NCBI GenBank assembly: GCA_041660025.1
Contig: JBAZXD010000002.1
Span: 68,635-132,634 of the forward strand
DNA: 64,000 bases
DNA from: Minisyncoccota bacterium
Lineage (GTDB): Bacteria; Patescibacteriota; Minisyncoccia; Phycocordibacterales; Phycocordibacteraceae
Direction: 5' to 3'
Positions 58,795 through 64,000 of the stretch are shown here, piece by piece. Position 1 is the stretch's first letter; each line of letters starts with the position of its first letter. The translations under genes were made by a program, and so were the position numbers. Under the pieces are notes generated by a model. It was not told the origin of the DNA. It did not search any database and saw only the letters and a program-made list of their open reading frames with translations.

Positions 58795-60459
58795 TCAAGA
58801 GATGGTCTTGATCATATCCCGTTTGATATCGGCAAAGGTGCCACCGACTTTTTTACCCGGATTAAGAATATTGAGCGGATCAAAGACTTTCTTCGTCTGC
58901 TCGAAGAGCGCGACCATCTCCTTCCCAAAGAGCAAGGGGAGGTACGGGGTGCGGATAATGCCGTCGTTGTGCTCGCCGGTCGTCGTGCCGCCTTCCTTGA
59001 TGACCAGTTCGTAGATCTTGGGTGCGAGGTCGAGGATGACCTGTCGGTTATCCGCCTTCGAGAGATCCATAAGCGGGATGATATGGAAATTGCCGTCGCC
59101 GACGTGTCCGGCGATGGTGTAGATGAAGTGCGACTTGTATTCGTCGAGGAGTGCATTCAACTTCGGCAGGAATTCGGCGTAGCAGGCGGGCGGCACGACG
59201 AAGTCGTCGATAAAAGGTGCAGTGTGGAGTCCGTGGACGTTCTTGCGCAGAAGGTTGAAGCTCTCGCGCCGGACTATCCAGTACTTCTCAGACTCTTTTT
59301 CATCCTTCTCTATCTTTATTTTCAGATGCAAGTCCATAAGAGCTTCCTTGACCGCCAGAGCTTTCGCGTCGGCGACTTCGATCGTGTCCTCGGCAAATTC
59401 CGCCATAAGGAGGAGCTTCGGCACGCCGCCGGTCGCGACCATCGCCGCCTCGGGGATGAAGTCGATACCGAGGCGGGCCGCCTTGAGGAATCCCATCTGC
59501 GAGAGCATTCCCGGGATGAGCTTCACGGCGAGCGTGAAGGTGTGGTCGTCGAAGCTCTCGAACGATTCGGGATTGAAGGGGAGCATACGCTTCACCACCT
59601 CCGGCAGTATCGCGAGGTCGTAGAGGAATATGACGACCATCGCACGGTGTTCCTTCGGCTTCACCAGGTTCAATTTTGCTTTCGTCCAGAGCGCGAGCGT
59701 CCCTTGCGAGCCGCAGATAAGCTTCGCGAGATTAAAGGTATTCGTCTTCGTATCGCGGATTCTCCAGAGCGCGTAGCCGGCGGAGTTCTTCGACACCTTC
59801 GGCCGGTGCTCCTCGATGAGCGCGGCGTGTTTGGTAACAAGAGCGTCCATCGTGCGATATATCTCGCCTTCGAGTGTTTGGAGCTTCTTCTTTTCTTCTA
59901 ATTCAGTTGGCGTGAGTGGCCCAAACGTTACCTGCGAGCCGTCGGAGAGGACAACATCGACTGCCTCCACATATTTTTCCGTCTGGCCGTATTGGAGCGT
60001 GCGTTCACCACCGGCATTGTTCGCCACGATACCGCCGAGTGCGGCTATCTCGCGGCTCGCGGGGTAGGAGGGAAGGAGCAACCCCTTCTCGAGCGTCGCC
60101 TTCTCAAAATCTCTATAAAAAACGCCCGGCTCGGTGACGGCATAATCCTCGCCGACTTCAAGCACCTTGTTCATATGTTTCGTGAAGGAGACGACGACGC
60201 CGGTGGTCAAGGGGCCGCCGGACATATCGGTTCCGCCCGAGCGTGCCGCTAAGGAAACCTCCGCGCCAGCCAAGCGGGCGCGGCCTATCTCTCTTACCAT
60301 CGTACTCACATCATTCGCGTCTTCCGGATACACCACCAGCTCCGGCATCCGCTCGAAAAGAGAAGTGTCGCGACTCAACTTTTTTAGCGTTTCCACATCG
60401 TCCGACACTTCTCCCCGCATCGCGCTCGCGAGCGCGCTCTTCAGCTCGTCAGTGGTCAT
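58795..60459 (-). CDS. FAD-linked oxidase (GlcD/D-lactate dehydrogenase family)
   Basis: FAD-binding PCMH domain 'VVYPEDANDVSTMVREI...ARSGGTDMSGG', then a C-terminal 'FAD-oxidase_C'-like region 'AGHVGDGNFHIIPL...GGTTTGEHNDGIIR'. Start at Met 'MTTDELKSAL'. Confidence 0.8.
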   Translation of the reverse strand: MTTDELKSALASAMRGEVSDDVETLKKLSRDTSLFERMPELVVYPEDANDVSTMVREIGRARLAGAEVSLAARSGGTDMSGGPLTTGVVVSFTKHMNKVLEVGEDYAVTEPGVFYRDFEKATLEKGLLLPSYPASREIAALGGIVANNAGGERTLQYGQTEKYVEAVDVVLSDGSQVTFGPLTPTELEEKKKLQTLEGEIYRTMDALVTKHAALIEEHRPKVSKNSAGYALWRIRDTKTNTFNLAKLICGSQGTLALWTKAKLNLVKPKEHRAMVVIFLYDLAILPEVVKRMLPFNPESFESFDDHTFTLAVKLIPGMLSQMGFLKAARLGIDFIPEAAMVATGGVPKLLLMAEFAEDTIEVADAKALAVKEALMDLHLKIKIEKDEKESEKYWIVRRESFNLLRKNVHGLHTAPFIDDFVVPPACYAEFLPKLNALLDEYKSHFIYTIAGHVGDGNFHIIPLMDLSKADNRQVILDLAPKIYELVIKEGGTTTGEHNDGIIRTPYLPLLFGKEMVALFEQTKKVFDPLNILNPGKKVGGTFADIKRDMIKTIS

Positions 60460-60520
60460 ATATTTGCAGTATACAGCATCATTTCTCTTTGAAGCCTCGG
60501 CGAATTGAGTTGAGGTTATA

Positions 60521-60547
60521 AAAAAGCGACCGGATGGTCGCTTTTGC
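60521..60547 (-). terminator. intrinsic terminator in minus-strand orientation, 60 nt upstream of the FAD-oxidase start
   Basis: AAAAGCGACC-GGAT-GGTCGCTTTT. On the minus strand the stem is followed by TTTTTTATAA. Confidence 0.5.
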
Positions 60548-60773
60548 CTCACTTCAGTCGTTCAGTCAGTCCTGCAGAAGTATTCCGCGGAAATCGCGAT
60601 GAAGTTTGCGATCCGTAGATTGCCTTGCCTTTCATCGCGACTCTCCCCGTCTATTGAATCCCGCGCAAGAGGTTCTTCCTGAGCGAAGTGGCCGGACTTA
60701 TGGCCCTTCGATACATAAGTGTCTCTGTCCATCTTCCAATTTCCTTTAAAGAGCATTCGGTTGTAACAAACAA

Positions 60774-60815
60774 TAAAGAGAGCGGCCCTCGCAGAGAGCC
60801 GCTCTCTTTGTTTAT
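60774..60815. terminator. bidirectional hairpin terminator in an AT-rich spacer
   Basis: AAAGAGAGCGGC-CCTCGCAGAGA-GCCGCTCTCTTT, a 12-bp stem, flanked by AATAA and GTTTATT. Confidence 0.5.
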
Positions 60816-60958
60816 TACTAACCAATATAGCACATATATTTCGCAGGAGCAATACTCACCGTCTTATTGACACTCATAGGGGCGAGAGTACCCTGGAATG
60901 AGATTGAAATAAGGATTGAACCCCATCTTCTGTTTCGTGATACTCACAAGGAGGCATC

Positions 60959-61336
60959 ATGTATAGCCACGTCGCAACCTATGTACCGGATGGTCTGAAG
61001 TTTTTCGAGTATTGGTCAGGGCTCGCGGCGAAAGATCCTGAACAATTCGAAATTGAAAGGAAAAAAGCCGTCGAGAAAGCCATATTCCGTTCCTCTGAAA
61101 GAATTCAAAAACGATTGTGGCGGATGCAATGGCACATCGACACATTGCGTGCTCGAGCACGTAATCCGCTCGTCTTTGGCGTCCGCCTGAATCAGATGAT
61201 GTGGGAATCCATCTGCGCCGAAAGAGGATTCTTGAACGCCCATATACATTTCCTGGAATGGAACACTGCTTTTTTCGAACGATACAATCTCCCTCCTCCA
61301 GGAAAGACGCGGGTTCTCCCGTTCAAAAGGAAGTAG
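60959..61336 (+). CDS. DUF3135-like small protein (hypothetical), lower GC than the surroundings
   Basis: RBS AAGGAGG. 'ERIQKRLWRMQWHIDTLRARARNPLVFGVRLNQMMWESI' resembles the DUF3135 pattern 'RLRGLQ..ID..R.....PL..C...S.MMHES', as remembered. Confidence 0.5.
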   Translation: MYSHVATYVPDGLKFFEYWSGLAAKDPEQFEIERKKAVEKAIFRSSERIQKRLWRMQWHIDTLRARARNPLVFGVRLNQMMWESICAERGFLNAHIHFLEWNTAFFERYNLPPPGKTRVLPFKRK

Positions 61337-61344
61337 CGATTACA

Positions 61345-61376
61345 AAAGCCCGGCCGTACAGGCCGGGCTTTTCATT
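61345..61376 (+). terminator. rho-independent terminator
   Basis: AAAGCCCGGCC-GTACA-GGCCGGGCTTT followed by TCATTAC. Confidence 0.55.
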
Positions 61377-61480
61377 ACTCCGGCAAAGTAGCTTCTAGCC
61401 TCCTATATTTCCCTTTTACATCCAAAGTGGTAATCTCGAAAACGGACTGGACTGATTGATCAACCAAAAAGAGGTGCGAA

Positions 61481-62011
61481 ATGCATGGAACGCAAGAATT
61501 GCCGCCGGTGCAAGTACAGGTCCCGCTCAACGTTCTCGTCAAGCTTGAAACCGACAAGGTCAACCACCATCGGCTCAAACTGTGGAGACCTGGGACGGTG
61601 GCCATCACTGAAAACTCGGAGGGAAAGATCCTCCTCATCCGGTCAACGAGAAGTCGGAATTGGGGTTTCCCGCAGGGAGGAGTAGAACGCGACGAAGACC
61701 TCATCCGGGGTCTTGTGCGGGAATTATATGAGGAGACGGGCATTGCGGTGTCTGAAGTGCGCAACTTCTGTCTCCTCGACAAGCAAGATATTCCGAACTG
61801 GGAGAGAGATGGATTTACCAAGGGCAAGCGGTACTATTACTTCCACGTGCTGTGCGAAGGAGTGCCCGACGTCGCTCTTCAGCTCAGCGAGGTTTGCGAC
61901 TTCCAGTGGCTCTCGCCACGACGGGCGGAAGAGTTCATCTCCGCCATCGGAGACGAGTATCGGCAAAAAAGAGAAAGTATGCTCATCGCTCTGAAGAACG
62001 CGGTCGGTTGA
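61481..62011 (+). CDS. NUDIX hydrolase
   Basis: Nudix box 'GFPQGGVERDEDLIRGLVRELYEETGI'. Confidence 0.75.
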   Translation: MHGTQELPPVQVQVPLNVLVKLETDKVNHHRLKLWRPGTVAITENSEGKILLIRSTRSRNWGFPQGGVERDEDLIRGLVRELYEETGIAVSEVRNFCLLDKQDIPNWERDGFTKGKRYYYFHVLCEGVPDVALQLSEVCDFQWLSPRRAEEFISAIGDEYRQKRESMLIALKNAVG

Positions 62012-62073
62012 TCGCGACCTCAAGCGGGGTACGGCTGGCGAATTTGCCAGCCGTTGTTTTTATCCCCCTTCAG

Positions 62074-62102
62074 CGAACGGCTCAGACCCCGTCTGAGCCG
62101 TT
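62074..62102. repeat. second copy of the 29-nt palindromic hairpin element (the first copy is at 31803..31831)
   Basis: CGAACGGCTCAGACCCCGTCTGAGCCGTT, identical to copy 1. It is located after the NUDIX gene and followed by TGGCGC. Confidence 0.7.
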
Positions 62103-62138
62103 TGGCGCACAGTAGAATCCTCAAGATTCTGGTACACT

Positions 62139-62642
62139 TTGAGTATGAAGAAATATGTACTTATTGCCGGGGTGCTGGTGCTGGTTATTGTCGGGGGATT
62201 GTGGGCGGTAAATGTGCGTATTGCGCAGGCGCCCGGTGGGCGGGCGTGCACGATGGAGGCGAAGCTCTGTCCCGACGGCTCCGCCGTCGGGAGGACCGGC
62301 CCGAACTGCGAATTCGCCGAGTGTCCCTTCGGCGATCCCGTCACGCTTGAAGCACAGATAGGGCAGGAGGTCAGCGGCCTCGATGTGCGTGTCACGCCGC
62401 TTACGGTGCTCGAGGACAGTCGGTGCCCCCTCGACGTGGTGTGCATTCAGGCGGGGACGGTGCGGGTGCGAGCGCGCCTCATAAGCGGCCTCGGCACCGC
62501 GATGCAGGAATTCAAGCTCGGTCAGCCGATAACGACGGAGGCGGAGAGTATCACGCTCACGCAAGTCATCCCCCAGCCGAAAGCGGGAATCAAGATACAA
62601 GACAGCGAATACGTATTCAGCTTCGAGGTTGCAAAGCGCTAG
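62139..62642 (+). CDS. secreted/membrane-anchored hypothetical protein with conserved Cys pairs
   Basis: Signal anchor 'MKKYVLIAGVLVLVIVGGLWA', then 'CTMEAKLCPDGSAVGRTGPNCEFAECPF' and a beta-rich C-terminal half. Confidence 0.55.
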   Translation: MSMKKYVLIAGVLVLVIVGGLWAVNVRIAQAPGGRACTMEAKLCPDGSAVGRTGPNCEFAECPFGDPVTLEAQIGQEVSGLDVRVTPLTVLEDSRCPLDVVCIQAGTVRVRARLISGLGTAMQEFKLGQPITTEAESITLTQVIPQPKAGIKIQDSEYVFSFEVAKR

Positions 62643-62720
62643 TCGGGTTGTGCACCTACCGCCGCCGGGCTTTGCCTGGCGGCGGTATCATTATGGTATT
62701 AGCCGAATAACCTTATTGGT

Positions 62721-62996
62721 ATGAATCATCACATCGATCCTGTGAAGACCGGGCTCTCGGTTGGAGCATTCCTCGGCGGGTTACATCTCGTGTGGTCGCT
62801 TCTTGTCGCGTTCGGATGGGCACAGGCGCTCGTCGACTTCGTCCTCTGGATGCATATGATCAACTTGCCGTACGTCGTGACGGCGTTTGATCTCTCCGCA
62901 GCGACGACGCTCGTCGTTATTACCGCGCTATTCGGATGCGTACTCGGTTATTTCTACGCACGCATCTGGAATCGCGTGCACCGCGTGGAAGTCTGA
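62721..62996 (+). CDS. small membrane protein (hypothetical)
   Basis: 91 aa with three hydrophobic helices. Confidence 0.5.
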   Translation: MNHHIDPVKTGLSVGAFLGGLHLVWSLLVAFGWAQALVDFVLWMHMINLPYVVTAFDLSAATTLVVITALFGCVLGYFYARIWNRVHRVEV

Positions 62997-63878
62997 TCAC
63001 CCGGCGAGAAGAGCGAGTCCGAGGAGGATAAGCAGGAAGGAAACGACCTTGACCCACAGTTTCTTCTCATGGAAGTAAAGGTTGCCTGAGATCATTGCGA
63101 AGAATATATTCAGCGCCCGCTTCGCCGCGGCGATGACTGACGCCGTGCCGAAGAAGTAGGCGAAGCCCATGACGGAACTGCCGACGCCCATGAGGAACGA
63201 TTGCGTGAAGAATATCGGATGCGCGAGGAGTCGGAGAGGGTTCTCTTTCGCCCGCGCGAGCGCCATGATGAAAAAGAAGATCACGAGCACGAAACAGACG
63301 ATGCCCTGTTCCGCTTCGACCGAATTAAAGTTGGTAACGTCGTACTTGAAGAGCGAGATCGTGGCAACGGCGTTTACCGCGGTGAAGACGACGAGCCACG
63401 CGCCCTCGCGGCGGATACCATGGTTGATGAATATGAGGATCAGGCTCGCGATGATGAGCGACATCCCGGCGATCTGCGGCAGGCTCACGGAATAGGAGAG
63501 GGCGACGTCCGTGGCAAGGAGGAGCGGAATAGTAATGGTGTGTAGAAAGCCGGATGTGCTCCGGTCGGCGCGCACGATAGCGTACGCGCCCGCGAGTGCC
63601 TGAAGTATCTCGAGCCCGACGCGGGGAAGGAACGTCGGAAGAGAAGCAGTGCTGAAAACAAATCCGCTTGGGAAGCCTGGCGCGAAAAAGTCCTTCGGAA
63701 TGAGGAACGCGAACGCGAGCAGGAACAGGGTTGTCCAAAAATAACTGAGAAAGCCAAGCGACAGCACGCTCTCTTTTCCGCGCGCGGTCTCCCATTTGCC
63801 GACCGAAACGCTGATCTCTTCAACGAAAGCCGCGCCGGCGGTTAATACGATGCCAAACATCCCTACAGTATCGCACAC
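62997..63878 (-). CDS. polytopic membrane protein, possibly a DMT/EamA-like transporter
   Basis: About 9-10 hydrophobic helices across 293 aa. The start may be the Met at 63860 ('MFGIVLTAGAAF'). Confidence 0.55.
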   Translation of the reverse strand: MCDTVGMFGIVLTAGAAFVEEISVSVGKWETARGKESVLSLGFLSYFWTTLFLLAFAFLIPKDFFAPGFPSGFVFSTASLPTFLPRVGLEILQALAGAYAIVRADRSTSGFLHTITIPLLLATDVALSYSVSLPQIAGMSLIIASLILIFINHGIRREGAWLVVFTAVNAVATISLFKYDVTNFNSVEAEQGIVCFVLVIFFFIMALARAKENPLRLLAHPIFFTQSFLMGVGSSVMGFAYFFGTASVIAAAKRALNIFFAMISGNLYFHEKKLWVKVVSFLLILLGLALLAG

Positions 63879-63896
63879 GGTCTGGTATCATCGCCC

Positions 63897-64000
63897 TATG
63901 ACTCAAGGCGAAGCGCTCACGATATTGAAGACGGGTGCGAACGTCTACCTCACCGGCGAGCCGGGGAGCGGGAAGACGCACACGATAAACGAGTTCGTCG
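63897..64000 (+). CDS. 5' end of a P-loop NTPase (helicase/AAA-like); truncated by the window edge
   Basis: 'MTQGEALTILKTGANVYLTGEPGSGKTHTINEFV' is a Walker A 'GEPGSGKT' motif. Confidence 0.6.

Noticed and set aside
60548-60815. tmRNA or a tag-peptide reading frame on the minus strand of the AT-rich patch
   Set aside because: The frame 'GCAAACTTC...' ends in ...AEYFCRTD*, which is unlike known proteolysis tags. No tRNA-like domain is present.

Overview
Gene-dense, high-GC window (by eye roughly 60% GC, not computed) dominated by housekeeping genes on both strands. The reduced features suggest a Candidate Phyla Radiation (Patescibacteria/Parcubacteria-like) genome; this lineage is an inference. 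Those features are a split transketolase, short rpoB/dnaE/smc/gyrB, a single-chain PheRS and a ThrRS without an editing domain. Gene order: Ig-like surface protein tail, an IVS-type four-helix-bundle protein, a compact pentose-phosphate/glycolysis block (gap-rpiB-rpe-tktN-tktC, PfkB kinase, class I aldolase), then rplY, a coiled-coil lytic-transglycosylase protein, rpmE, prfA, rpsB-tsf, tRNA-Thr(UGU), a thioredoxin-fold protein plus processive GT2, a mitochondrial-type pheS, gyrB, and a surface-protein cluster (CARDB protein, sortase, Cys-rich secreted protein, proline-rich membrane protein). It continues with thrS, dnaE, rnhB, an AT-rich candidate ncRNA locus, rpmF, a nusB-NUDIX fusion, rnc, smc, rnr, rpsP-KH-trmD, an AT-rich insert with two orphan ORFs, rpoB-rpoC, dnaG-rpoD, a Cas4-like PD-(D/E)xK nuclease, DsbA, hisS, prmC, an RRM protein, a 1109-aa secreted beta-helix/PG-binding protein, a CAP-domain protein, an FAD oxidase, a DUF3135-like protein, a NUDIX hydrolase and membrane proteins. 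No CRISPR array, transposase or integrase was seen. Many long antisense ORFs in the supplied track are artefacts of high GC. The most unusual items are listed in the findings: the FARS2-like single-chain PheRS, the editing-less ThrRS, the NusB-NUDIX fusion, and a sortase-linked Cys-rich/Pro-rich surface locus carrying an internal sortase-like sorting signal. Also there: a duplicated trmD 3' end flanking an AT-rich insert upstream of rpoBC, a 29-nt palindromic hairpin present twice about 30 kb apart, and several AT-rich islands that may hold ncRNAs.
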